DNA of 64,000 bases from Ignavibacteriota bacterium. Its GTDB lineage: Bacteria; Bacteroidota; Ignavibacteria; UBA10030; UBA6906. How positions within the stretch are numbered: the first letter of the stretch is position 1; each line of letters opens with the position of its first letter. The stretch is from contig CAWEHG010000009.1 of assembly GCA_963808715.1 (NCBI GenBank), positions 8,257 to 72,256 of the forward strand, in the 5' to 3' direction. Below, piece after piece: positions 19,612 to 30,579 of the stretch. The notes beneath the pieces were generated by a model, which had not been told where the DNA came from, searched no databases, and saw only the letters and a program-made list of their open reading frames with translations. The position numbers and the translations under genes are program-made.

Positions 19612-20439
19612 CGCAGCAGTTTCAGGGCCGAAGCCACCGTTGCCTCTTCGTGGACCACCGCGCAGAGGGCGGCGATCATCTTCTCCATGCGCGGATGCTG
19701 CCACACGTTCCGTCCGATGATGACGCCGTGGGCGCCTGCCTCCACCGTGTCGTGCGCCAGGCGCAGGAGGTTTTCGTCGGTGCTTTTCATCGGCGGACCG
19801 CCTGCCACGACCACCCGCGCGCCGGCGGCCGAATCGACCACCGAGCGGAAGCCGGCAACGGTCCCCACGAACCGGGTCTTCACCACTTCCGCCCCGGCTT
19901 CCACACCGATCCTGACCACCTCCGCGGTCTCGCGGACAGGATCGACGGCCTTCCCCGAGCGCTTGAAGATCTCGGTCCCGAAATGGTTGTTGAGAAGGCT
20001 GGGGGCGATGATCTCGGCGACGAGCGGGACCCCCAGGTCATCGGCCTCCGCCGCCGTCTTTCCCAGGCGGATCATGGACTCCGACTCGATCGGCGTTCCG
20101 AGGAACGTGAAGACGATCATCGCGTCAGCGCCAAGGGCGAGTCCCTGCCGGACCGTGTACATCTCCTGGTAGTCGGTGGGCTTGACCACGTACTTCGTGA
20201 ATCCCCCGTCGATCCTGAGCATGATGCCCAGGTCTCCGGCCGCCGGGGCGACGTTCTTCAGGATCCCCGGCGTCACCAGGATCCCGTCGGCCTTCGTCCG
20301 GGCGATCCGTTCGGTCAGAGTGAACGGGTCCTCGATCCCGGGAACGGGCCCGGAAAAAGAGCCGTGGTCGAACGGGATGATCACCACTCGTTGGTTCTTC
20401 CAGATCTTCTGCAGGCGCAGCTGTTTTCCGGTGATGCAT
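19608..20439 (-). CDS. Class I aldolase, DhnA/LsrF (DeoC/LacD-like) family, frameshift just after start
   Basis: Body is track ORF 19608..20387 (VVIIPFDHG, LRIDGG, VVKTRFVG, GRNVWQH). The conserved N-terminus TGKQLRLQKIWKNQR has no in-frame start. ATG 20439 (GAGGAA 6 nt upstream) is one base out of frame, so an indel lies near 20428. Confidence 0.65.
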
Positions 20440-20460
20440 ATCGTTCCTCAGCCTCGATCG

Positions 20461-22777
20461 TCAGTGATTGACCTCTTGATCCAACGCCTTCAGTTCTCGG
20501 TTTTCACCACGTCTTCCCAGAGCCTCCACTTCGAGAACCCCACCCGCGGCGGGGTCCCGTCGAGCTGCAGGGAATGCGAATTCGGGAGAGCGCCGACCAG
20601 CGTGTTTCCCACGGTGCGAGATCTTCAGGAAGTTCGAGCAGGCGTACCAGAGGGTTCCGGGTTCCTGCCTCGCGCACAGGAAGTACCCGTCCGTCTCGAA
20701 ATCGCCGAACGAGACCTTCCCGAGATCGTACAGGGCCCGTGGACGGATGTTCTCCCGCGCCAGTTCCATCTCCAGATCGATCCGCGCATAGATCGTCCAG
20801 CGGCTCTTTCCCGAAACCAGTTCGAGCGCCAGCGCGCGCGAGGGAGCGCTTACCGGAAGCAGCCGGACGGACGGGAGTGATGCCGGGAGCTTCGCGGAGC
20901 GGTCGTGCGGCACCAGCAGGGTCACGAAGACCTCATGGTCGCCGGCCTTATACTGGCTTGCGATGGATTGGTAGACGGCCGTTTCCTGGAGACCGTGCCG
21001 GCTGATCGGTTCCACGCTGTCGACCTTGGCGTAGGTCTCGGGGAAGCAGACCGCCAGCGATCGGTCGCGCGGGAAGACGTACCCGGGAAGCGTATCCGTG
21101 GCGACGTCGTACCAGTGTTCGCCCCGGGAAAGGATCTTTCCGGCATGCCAGAAATTCGTGAACGTGAAGTAGTCGGAGCGGAGGATCTTCACGCCGTCGA
21201 TCACCACGAAACAACCGGGTTCCTTCACGTAGACGACGATCCGGTCCCAGCGGTACCCCAGCGCCTCGTCCTCGACGCGGGTCCGGCTCATATCCGCCTC
21301 CCGGGTCTTCAGGAAATCGACCTCTGGCCGTTTGCACCGGCCTGTAGGCTCCGGAGTTCCGCGCGAACTCGAGCGGCGATTGCGCGGGGTCCCGTTTGTT
21401 CAACCGGACCACCAGCCGGTTGTGGAAATAGTCCTGTCGCCAGGCGCCGTACTTCCCGCTCGGCAGGCCGTCACGGTACCCCGCATCGTGCAGGAGCAGC
21501 GACCCCCGGTCCATCAGCGAGACGATGCTGTTCTCGTCCGCGTGGCCGTGGTGCATCTTTTCTTCCTCCACGGAGATGGTGTTGCGCAGGTAGGTCCGAT
21601 CCAGGAGTCCGCCGTCCCCCTCGTCGCGGTAGTTGACCAGAAGGTATGTGCTGGTCGGGTTCCCAGCCGTTCCGGAACACCACCTTCTTGCCGATGACGT
21701 CATCCAGCACCTCCTGGCTGAGCGACGTCGGCCGGGCCGGGCGTGACCGATTCGTCGGTCCAGCGGTAGGCATCGGAGAGGTGGTAGGCATCCCCCACGC
21801 TGAATCCGGCTCCTGGCCGGCGGGCGGCTGCAAGGACCGACGCCGCGGCCCATTTCCATTCGGGGTGCTTGAAGACCGCCGCTCCCTTTTCGAAGAAGGC
21901 GACCATCCGCAGTCCCGCCGCGGACGACTGCCAGCCGGCGTCTCCGTAGTCCGGGATGGTGCCGGAGGGTCCGATCAGTTTCGTGTAGAACTCGAAGTAG
22001 TACCGGACGAACGCGGACGAGTACACTTCCGGGTGCCCGGCCGCTTCGGCGTACGAGAAGAGCGCATGCAGCCAGACCGGGTTGTAGTTCGAGGCATCCT
22101 CGATCTCCCAGTGACCGAGGTTGTCCATCGCGATGACCCGGGCCATCTGCCGCCAGGCCGCGGCGCGGGGATGCTCGGGAAGCGCCATCGCCGCATACTG
22201 AAGCGCCTCCGCCCGTAGCATCGCCCGGTTGTGACCTCCCCACTCGGGGAACCGGAAGATGAAATCCACGCTCTGCGCCAGGTCCCGTTCGATCTTCTCG
22301 CGCTGGGCGGCGGTCATCACCCCGCTGCCGCGGATCCGGAGATATGCCCTGGCATAGGGAGGAAGGAAGAAGAAGTTGCTGAGCGCGGGAACACCGTCCG
22401 CATACTCGGCGCGGGAAGCCGCGAACCCTTTCGGGAGGATCTCCCGCAGGTCTCCGTAGGTCGCCAGCAGGGTCGCGGCCCGCTCGGCGTAGTCGCGCTG
22501 GCCGGTCTGCTCGTACAGGAATCCCAGCGTGGCCGCGAGATAGATCGGGTGGGCCGGGGCATCGTACCCCCAGAGAATGTTGGGCTTCGAGGTCTTCTTC
22601 CACTGCTCCACGATCCCGGGATTCTGCTTCCATCCCTTCTTCCGCGGCCTTGACGATCTCCTGGAGGTAGACCTCCTTCTGCGCGAACGCGGCCGCAGGC
22701 AGCAGAAGGAGCGCCAGGACGGCCCTCGCGAACAACGAACACACTGGAGCGCTGGCGAACCCGGGGACAGCATTCAT
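20461..22777 (-). pseudogene. Heparinase II/III-like polysaccharide lyase family protein 1, Sec signal, reading frame broken at least 4 times as sequenced
   Basis: ATG 22777 (MNAVPGFASAPVCSLFARAVLALLLLPAAAFAQ) overlaps the upstream TGA. Pieces lie in track ORFs 20948..23557, 21700..22773, 21471..21833 and 20461..21291, with breaks near 22640, 21720, 21650 and 21300. HHGHADENSIVSL motif. An alternative C-terminus ..VGNTLVGALPNSHSLQLDGTPPRVGFSKWRLWEDVVKTEN ends at 20490. Confidence 0.65.
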
Positions 22778-23841
22778 GATGTAACTCCCATGTCGTGGTG
22801 ATAGACGTTTCTCTCGTCGAGCATCGTGAGGTAGTTCTCGACCGGCACATAACTGGGGACCGAATTGCCCGCACCGAGCGCGTACCGCCCGCGCGCGCCG
22901 CACGTTTCCAGCAACAGGCGCGTCTGCGCGCGAACCTGCGCAGGAGTACCGCCCGAGAGGATGTTCAGGTCCAGCCCCCCGAGCACGGCGATGCTGTCGC
23001 CGTAGGTCTTCTGGAACTCCTGGACAGGCATGATGGCGTCCTCGAACGAGTGTTTCCCGTCGATCCCGACCGTATCGATCAGGTCGGTCATGATCGCGGC
23101 GAGGTTTCCGCACGAGTGGAGGAAATAGGGCAAACCGTGCTCGTGCGCAAGAGCGGCGAAGCGCGCGTGCCACGGCAGCGTGTATTCCCGGAGCTTCGCC
23201 GGCGAGATGATCGTGGCGGTTCTGTAGCCCATGTCGTCGCCAGGGAAGACCACCGCCAGCCGGTCGAGCTGGACCAGGTGGCGGTAGAACCCCAGCATCA
23301 GCTCTCCGAGCCTGTCGGCGACCGCCCGGACCAGCGCCGGATCCTCGGCGAGCGCGTAGGACAATCCTTCGACCGACATGATCCAGGAGAGGTGTTCGAA
23401 GACACCGCCGCCGTGACACGAGATCAGCCCCATCCCCTCGGGCAGATGGGCGTTCAGATACTCGAACGGGAAAAAGTCGAACTCCTCGACCTTCGGCCAG
23501 GGATACCGTTCGAAGTCGTGCCAGCTCGTGATCGTCCCGTGGGAGCTGTCCGTCCACTCGCGGTCCTTGGCGGATCCGGGGGAAGCGTCCGGAGCGATCT
23601 GGAGCCGGCGCGGCAACGGGAGCATCTCTTCGAACCGGACAAAATCGTATCCCATCCCGTGCCAGAAGGCGATGAAGTTGTCGAGGTATACGCCGAGGCG
23701 TTTCCGGTCGGTGACCCCGGGGGCCGGGCGGTCCACCCAGACGCGGCCGAGCAGATCGCCGAGGACGGGTTTCATGACCACGTCATCCACGATGTACTCG
23801 ATGAGCGGGACGTAGGGGGTCCGCTGATCCCCGCGCAGCAC
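22774..23841 (-). CDS. URO-D fold protein, paralogue 4
   Basis: 355-aa track ORF. Blocks FVRFEEM, VFPGDDMGYRT, PYFLHSCGNLAAIMTDLIDTVGIDGKHSFED, ALGAGNSVP. The GTG start is uncertain: the upstream in-frame PDIDRFLR looks coding and ATGs at 23898 and 23886 are out of frame. Confidence 0.7.
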   Translation of the reverse strand: MLRGDQRTPYVPLIEYIVDDVVMKPVLGDLLGRVWVDRPAPGVTDRKRLGVYLDNFIAFWHGMGYDFVRFEEMLPLPRRLQIAPDASPGSAKDREWTDSSHGTITSWHDFERYPWPKVEEFDFFPFEYLNAHLPEGMGLISCHGGGVFEHLSWIMSVEGLSYALAEDPALVRAVADRLGELMLGFYRHLVQLDRLAVVFPGDDMGYRTATIISPAKLREYTLPWHARFAALAHEHGLPYFLHSCGNLAAIMTDLIDTVGIDGKHSFEDAIMPVQEFQKTYGDSIAVLGGLDLNILSGGTPAQVRAQTRLLLETCGARGRYALGAGNSVPSYVPVENYLTMLDERNVYHHDMGVTS

Positions 23842-23898
23842 GCGGAGGAAGCGATCGATATCAGGCCGTGGGACGGGAAGAGGAGATCATGGAGTCGT

Positions 23899-24836
23899 TC
23901 ATATGCCGTATGTCGTGGTTGCCGGATCGGCCGGGCCGGCCTGGTCAATGGCCGCGCACAGCGCTGCGTAGTCCCCGATGGACTCTCCGAGTGCCGCGGG
24001 GACCACCTGGCAGGCCGCGAAGGCCTCCGGCAGCGCCTCGGCGCGCATCACCTCGACAGCCGGACCGACGAGGGCGTCCGCGATGCGCATTCCCAGGCCG
24101 CCGAGGATGATCTTCTCCGGATTCAGCAGATCCAGCAGCATCGCCAGCCCGCGTCCGAAAGCCCGGGAGGCGCGGTCGAATACCGCGCGCGCCTGCGGAT
24201 CGCCGCTTTTCCACGAAGAGTAGATCCCGGAGGCGCCACCGGTCCATCGCCCGGGGAACATCATCTCTCCCAGCAACGCGATGCCGGTGCCGCTGCAGAA
24301 CCCTTCGAGGGATCCGGCCTTTCCGAAGCACGGGGGGCCCTCTTCGGCGACTCGCACGTGGCCGATCTCACCCGCCACATCGCTGGTTCCCCGGTAGAGC
24401 TGCCCGTTCAGGATCAGTCCCGCCCCGAATCCCGTTCCCATGGTCAGGAAGATGATGTTCCTGTATCCCCGGCCGGCGCCGAAGTGGAACTCCGCGAGCG
24501 CGCCCGCGTTCCCGTCGTGCTCCACGTACACGGGAAGGCGGAACCGCTCGAAGAGCATCGTCTTCAGCGGGATCGAATCCCAGCCGGGGAGGTTCGGGGG
24601 GACTTGACGATCCCCTGCAGAACGTCGAGCGGGCCGCCGATCGAGACGCTGATCGCCGCAGCAGTCCCCCGGGTGCGTTCCCGCGCTGCTTCGATCGCGG
24701 AGCACAATTCGTCGAACATCGCCGCGAAACCACGGCGGGGTTCGGTCGGGAATTGCCGCTTCCAGGTGATCGTCCCCGCTGTGCTCCCAAGGACCACCGC
24801 CGTCTTCGTCCCGCCGATGTCGCAACCGATGATCAT
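23899..24836 (-). CDS. ROK family sugar kinase, one homopolymer frameshift
   Basis: MIIGCDIGGTKTAVV (ORF 24564..24836) continues as ..PNLPGWDSIPLK..VEHDGNAGALAE..GEIGHVRV in ORF 23899..25011. The join lies in the G run at 24596-24601 (KSPPNLPGW needs one more C on the coding strand). Confidence 0.75.
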
Positions 24837-24863
24837 ATGAAAAGGATCGCCGCGGCCCGTTTC

Positions 24864-25998
24864 TCAGGAAGCAAGCAGGCGCTTCACGATCTCCGATGCC
24901 TGATGGAGTTGAACGAGGTCCAGATATCTCGCTCGGCCGTATGGGCCTGCGCGATATCCCCCGGGCCGAAGACGACGGTGGGGATCCCGTGTCGGTTGTA
25001 GATCCCCGCATCGGTCGCGTACGGTGCGGTCTCGACGACCACGGTCCCGGTCACCTCCCGGATCGCCTTCTCGAGAAGGCCGACCACGGGAGCCGTTTCG
25101 GGAACGTCCATCCCGGGGACATCCAGGTACGGTTCCTCCATCCGGATGCCGGGGAGGTCGTCCAGCAATGACCTGGCCGCCCCCAGGACCTCGGCGGTCG
25201 TCTCGCCTGGCAGCGTTCGCCGGTCCACGTCGATGTGGCAGCGGTCAGGGACGATATTCACCGCCTGCCCCCCATCGATCACACCAACGCTCAACGAGCC
25301 GGTCCCCAGTGCCTCGTGCGCAGGAGAGGTCTTCAGCATTGAGGCGTACTGTTCGAGGCGTACCAGCGCTGGCGCCATCCGGTGGATGGCGTTCGTCTCC
25401 CCGCTCAGGGTATGCGGAGTGGGCGGCCCTTCCCTCCGAGTGGATCTTCCACCGGGTGACCCCTTTGTGCGCCCTCACGATCCGCAGCCGGGTGGGTTCC
25501 CCCGCGATACCGAAGTCCGCGCACAATCCCCTGGCGGCCGCCTCCCGGGCGCCGGTGAACAGGAACTCCTCGTCGGCCACCGCCGCGAACACGATGTTGT
25601 AGCGGAGCGCCGCCGGCCGGCGCGCGGCTTCGCCGACCGCGAACAGGAACGCGGCGAGCGACCCCTTGGTGTCACACGCCCCCCGGCCGTACAGACGTCC
25701 TTCCTTCAACGTCGGGATGAATGTCCCGACCTCCATGCCCTCGGCAGGTACAGTATCGAGATGCGCCTCCAGGAGGACGGTGGCGGACGCTCCGGCATGG
25801 AACCGCCCGACCGACGTTGGGCGTCCGGGGCGACCTCCTGCCGTTCGACGTCTGCTCCAAGTGCGCCGAGCGCCCGGGCCACGTAGTCCGCCACCGCCGC
25901 CTCTCCATAGGCTGCCCCCGTGCGGCCGCGCTGCGCCCCATGGGGTTTATACTGGGGATGGCCAGCAGATCCGCGAGCAGAGAGACGAGGGGGTCCAT
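24864..25998 (-). pseudogene. M20 family metallo-deacylase (ArgE/DapE-like), four frame breaks as sequenced
   Basis: ATG 25998 (MDPLVSLLADLLAIPSINP). HLDTVPAEG, GRGACDTKG, AVADEEF, then the C-terminal half in ORF 24884..25378. Breaks near 25900, 25800, 25385 and 24945. True tail ..RYLDLVQLHQASEIVKRLLAS with TGA at 24864-24866. Confidence 0.7.
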
Positions 25999-25999
25999 G

Positions 26000-26900
26000 T
26001 CACGACTTCCGAACCGGGTTCCGGAGTTCCCCGATCTTCTCGATCCGGCAGACCACCTCATCCCCGGGAAGAATCGGACCGATCCCTTCAGGGGTCCCGG
26101 TGGAAACCACATCCCCCGGCTCGAGGGTGATCCTCTGCGAGATGTACGCCAGCACCCGGGGAACCGGGAAGACCAGGTGTTTCGTGCTGGAGCGCTGCCG
26201 GAGCTTCCCGTTGACGCGACATTCGATCTGCAGGCGTCCCGGATCCTTGATCTCGTCTGCGGTCACCATCCACGGTCCCATCGGCCCGAACGTGTCGAAA
26301 CTCTTCGAGCGGAACCAGGGCTCTTGCTTCGCGAGATCCGCAGCCTGCATCTCCCTCGCGGTCACGTCGTTCAGTACGGTATATCCCGCAACGTACTACA
26401 GCGCCTCGTCCGGCCGGATCCCCTTCGCCGTCCTTCCGATGACGACCGCCAGTTCCACTTCATGGTCCACCCTCCCGACGTCCGTCGGAAACACGGATCG
26501 GCTCGTCGGGCCCGATGACCGACGATCCCGCCTTCGCAAAGAGGATCGGGCTCGTGGGGGCACCGGTGCGTTCGCCTCCTTCGCATGAAGGGCGTAGTTC
26601 CGTCCGAGGGCCACGATTTTCTCCGCGGGCGCGCGAGTGGGGCCTTCATGCGTGCCTCTTTCGGTACCCGGTATAGTTTTTCCAGCCGGTTGCCGCGCAC
26701 GAACCGGTCCACCGCCGCGAGCTCTTCCAGGTCGAACTCCTCGTGTTCCAGCAGATCCGTGATCGTCCAGGCCGGATCCGTGTGAATATTGTGGACCTGG
26801 AGGTAGAAGACCGCAGCGGCCTTGGTGTAGTTGATCCACGAAGCTGCGGAACGGACCCAATCAGGGGATTTCCGTCATGTTCGAACTGGGCGACCTTCAT
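26000..26900 (-). pseudogene. Fumarylacetoacetate hydrolase (FAH) family protein, four frame breaks plus an in-frame TAG
   Basis: MKVAQFEHDGNPLIGSV at 26900. KIVALGRNYALHAKE, PILFAKAGSSVIGPDEPI, VDHEVELAVVIG, then EAL-TAG-YVAGYTVLNDVTAREMQ (TAG 26396-26398 in frame). C-terminal ORF 26000..26365 is intact. Breaks near 26848, 26625, 26550 and 26485. Confidence 0.7.
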
Positions 26901-29592
26901 GGCATCATCCTCACGAGCAGTGTGACGATCTCATTGGGGTTCATGGTCACGGCGACCTCTCGTGTCTCCCGGACCTCGATCGGTTCGACCGGAGTCTCGG
27001 TCAAGCCGCGCGCGCCAGGCCTGGCGGAGAGCGCCGGCGAACCGGAGGACCGCCGCTTCCGGTCCCTTCGACGGGTTGTAGTATGGTATTAGCTCATCGC
27101 CTCCGGCCTCCGATTCCTTCAGTGCGCTGAAGACGATCCGCGGGTTGTCAAGGGAACAGAAGCTGCCGCGCAGCGGGGGCAGGTCCGCGTTCTTCCTGCG
27201 GACCGCCAGGAGCGGAAGGTGGAAGGCTTCGCTCGGCCTGGTTGATGGCGGAGAGGTTTCCCTCCCAGGGGCCGTCCAGCGGCATCAGCCCGTAGCGGAA
27301 CGTGTGGACCCCCGCACACTGGGCATCGGGCGTCTCGTTGTGCCAGCCGGCCTTTCCTCCCGGACGGGTGATCAGGTCCTCACCCGCCAGCAGCCCCACA
27401 CACCGGAGGAGCGTTACGGCGATCGACCGCGGGCGATCGAGCCGCAGCTCGTATTCCGGCAGTCCGTCGGTGAGCACGAGCAGCCCGCGCTTCCCGTCCG
27501 CGGCCGCGACGAAACGCTGCATCGGAGCCACTGCCGCAGGGTGCTCGATCGTGAACTGTTTCACCGGATAGGTGCGTTGTTCCCGTTCCACGACGCAGAA
27601 TTGCGAGTCGGCGAAAACGCTGTTCCTATGCGTGCCGGTCGGGAACAGGACCCGCAACCGGTGGTCCTTCGCCCTGTTGTCCACGGTCGTGACGATCTCC
27701 AGCATGTCGGCATCGTGCGCGAGGTACAGGTCGCTGGAGATCCGGACCGGAACGGTCCTGGCCGACCTCGCCTTGCGGTCCGGGGTGGCCGACGCGGGGA
27801 TCCGCATCGTTGTTGTCACCCGCAGGCAGGCCCGGAGCGGCCCGCGTTCGACCAGCGACACTTTCGCGGTCCGCGACCGGACGACCCTGTCGCGGCGCGG
27901 GTATGAGTAGTTGTATTCGTCCCCCACATCGCCCGAATCCTCGAACACGTTGAGTCCCGGGAACCGCCGACCGCGCCGTTTATCCACCAGGGTCACTTCG
28001 CCCCTGGCGTTCACCTCCACGCGCAGCGATGCGTTCTCCAGGAACCGCGCTCCGGTCCGCAATGCCGTGGCGTGCCGGGGGAATCCGCTGCGCCGCTCGA
28101 TCGAGAACCCCGGCGACCCCCATCGCCGGCATGGTCATGGCATGTCGATCAGGACCGGTGCCCCGCTCGGCATAACTTCTGGCGCGGATAGTTGTAGCTG
28201 GGTGTAAGAGATGTCGTATTCCTGCTTTCGTTGGAGCGCGTCTGGAAGGTGAACCTCCTTCCCCACGGGCATCCTTCAGGACGAATCCCTCGGCGGCGCT
28301 GGCAGTTTCCGGATCAAGCACGACGTCGGGATTCAGCCCCACGACCATATCCTGTAGCTAGAACCGGACATCCGCTTCCACCACTCCGAACGCCGGAACG
28401 GGGACGGGTTGAAGACCAGCAATGCCCTGTCGCTCCCGACGGCGTCAGATCATCCGCCTGTACTCTCGCTTCCAGCCCGCATTCCGTGACCGACTCCCGA
28501 TTTCGCCGCTCGCGCCCAAAAGCGGACCATCATTTCCCGGTGAACCGGGTCGATGCTGCATCCGCAGATACTGTCGTGCGGATGGTTCTGCATCAGGGTC
28601 CTCCATCCGTGCTGCACGAGCGGTAGCCGCGAACCCCTCCCTGTGCCACTGTCCATCGCGTTCAGGGGTTCGGCGTAGCGCTCGAACAGCTTCTGGCTGC
28701 CAGTTCGCCTGCTTGATGTACATCCGGCTGGAATAGACTCCCGCCGAGCACCGCAAACGCGTACCGGTAGCCGAACCGGAGTTCCCCCTCCATCTCCGGA
28801 AGAGCGCCGAGCCCTTTTCGGACCGCATCCGTGTAGCCCTGCACCGTGCTGTGGTCGAAAACCCCGTCGAACGACCCCGGATCATCTCCAGGGTGGCGGG
28901 GAGTTTCGGGTCGGGCCAGTGGTGATCGCCGCCGTTCATCATCAGCCGGTGCGAGTCGCTCGCACGAGCGGTCGAGTTCATTCTTCAGCTGCCGCGAAGC
29001 GCCCCCGCACTTGTTCGGGGGAGTCCTGGTGGAAGTAGCCCGCGCTGTAGCCGTGGCGGAACAGGTGCGCCATCAGGGCACCCCTGCCGTCGGGGGCGAT
29101 CCACCAGTATTCGGAAGAGGTCTGCCCGGGTTCCCCGCCAAAGCCCCGATACACCAGGGCGCGTCCATGCCGAACCCGCTCGAGAATCGCCGGCATCATC
29201 GCAATGTGGCCGAAAGAATCGGGGATATAGCCGATGTTCATGCCCGCCGCCTAATCCCGGGCCCCGGGGCCCCAGCCTATCCCCAGGTTCCGGACCGTGG
29301 CCTCGGCGCTCACGAGGAATTCGTCCGGCAGACGTACCAGGGACCTACGACACCCTGCCCGAACGAGATCAGCCGTCGCAGCTACTCTCCTTTTTTCGGG
29401 ACGCACCGCAAATAATCGTCCAGGACGCAGCGTCTGGCCGTCCAGGGTGAAACGGCGGAACGCGGGGTCGCGTTCCGGAACAGTCAGCAGATCGTCGACC
29501 ATCCCCACCAGCATGCTGCGGAACTGTTCGAAGGTCTTGGACCATTCCCGGTCCCAGTGGGAATGCGACACGATATGATAGGTCGGGGTCAT
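26897..29592 (-). pseudogene. GH38 alpha-mannosidase / mannosylglycerate-hydrolase-like protein, at least ten frame breaks plus an in-frame TAG
   Basis: MTPTYHIVSHSHWDREW at 29592. GYIPDSFGH. HRLMMNGGDHHWPDP. NHPHDSICGCS. The C-terminal domain is in ORF 27148..28062. True tail ..TETPVEPIEVRETREVAVTMNPNEIVTLLVRMMP ends at TGA 26897-26899, overlapping ATG 26900. In-frame TAG at 29251-29253. The GPWYV motif near 29331-29360 is readable only in a locally shifted frame. Confidence 0.7.
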
Positions 29593-30576
29593 CGGATCTG
29601 GCCTCGTCCGGCTCTGTTTCTGATCTGCGGATATCTAAGAAGCGGCGGATCGCCGTGGAGGCACCATCGCGGCGACCCAGCTAGCAGCCACGGCGTTACC
29701 GAATTGTGCCGCATCGAACGGGTCGGCCCCCCGGATCTCCCGCGAGGAACCCCGCGATGTACGCGTCGCCCGCCCCCGTCGCATCGACGACCTTCCCACG
29801 TGCCTTGCGGGGCTGTACGCCGACCGTCCGGCGTGGTCCACGAAACACCCTCATTACCGAGTTTCACCCCCACAACGCCTGCCCCCCGCCTTGCAGCATT
29901 CAAGGCAACCATCTGTCCGCGGGTCTCCCCTCCCGTCATCGCCTCCCCCTCCCCGTAGCTCGGGATGAAATAGTCCACGCGCGGCAGGAGCGAGCAGTAG
30001 CGCGGGGGTTCGCGGCGAGGAACCCCGCCCGTATCGAGAAGGATCCGCAATCCCGCGTCCTTTCCTGATCGCGGCGAACGCCGCCGGGATCTCCGGCTCG
30101 CACTCCGGCAGCAGCCCCAGGTAGCCGAACGCGAAGTACGAAGAGCGCCGCAGACGATCATCGCCAAGGTGAGGCGAGCAGGTCTTTCGCCCGGAAGTTC
30201 TCCATGCAACCCCGCGTGAACAGGAACGTCCGTTCCCCGTCCCGTCCACCACTACGAATCGTGGCGGAGGTCTGGCCGGAGGCGTCCACGATCACGCCCG
30301 AGGTGTCGATACCATGTTCCAGCGAACGGCCGGCGTGACGAATCCTGCCGAGGCGTCGTCTCCCGACGCGGGTGACCACCCCCACGCCACCCAGCTTCGC
30401 AAGATCGATGCCGCATTGGCATGTTCCCCCCCGTCGTCAGTGGCGATGGTATCGATCGGCTGCATTCCACCCGCGCCGCGGGGGGCTGTTTCAGTTCGAC
30501 GGGCCGGCCGAGCATATCCACAGCGACAATCCCGCAACGACCACATCTACCGAGCCGGGATCCCTGTTGTTGCCAT
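29589..30576 (-). pseudogene. PfkB/ribokinase-like carbohydrate kinase, heavily frame-broken; boundaries approximate
   Basis: Fragments spread over three frames: VDVVVAGL, IVAVDMLGRPV, LGGVGVVTRVGDDASAGF, EHGIDTSGVIVDASGQTSATI, ERTFLFTRG, DYFIPSYGEGEAMTG, KVVDATGAGDAYIAGFLAG, FGNAVAAS. ATG 30576 is the candidate start. One frame ends in a TGA overlapping ATG 29592. Confidence 0.5.
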
Positions 30577-30579
30577 GCG

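Noticed and set aside
17659-19704. 681-aa ORF suggesting a PfkB kinase/URO-D fusion
   Set aside because: The linker (LERRDRRPGRRSSGGTTGASA) is arginine-rich and not protein-like. A one-base shift gives a normal kinase tail ending in a TGA that overlaps ATG 18675, the same ATGA coupling seen at nine other junctions. A genuine fusion cannot be fully excluded without reads.
20948-23557. 869-aa and similar composite minus-strand ORFs (also 40944..43808, 11805..13550, 13523..15835, 34234..36348 ends)
   Set aside because: Each is in frame with a real gene for only part of its length. Elsewhere it gives Arg/Pro/Gly-rich low-complexity translation while a neighbouring frame carries clear family motifs. 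This is typical open-frame persistence in GC-rich DNA.
26396-29253. Pyrrolysine or other TAG recoding, prompted by corrinoid methyltransferase genes plus in-frame TAGs
   Set aside because: TAG clearly terminates many intact genes here (8319, 9520, 11805, 12602, 13513, 15280, 17659). The in-frame TAGs are in a FAH and a GH38 gene, not in MttB/MtbB/MtmB-type genes. No pyl genes are visible in this window, and both sites lie in the most damaged zone.
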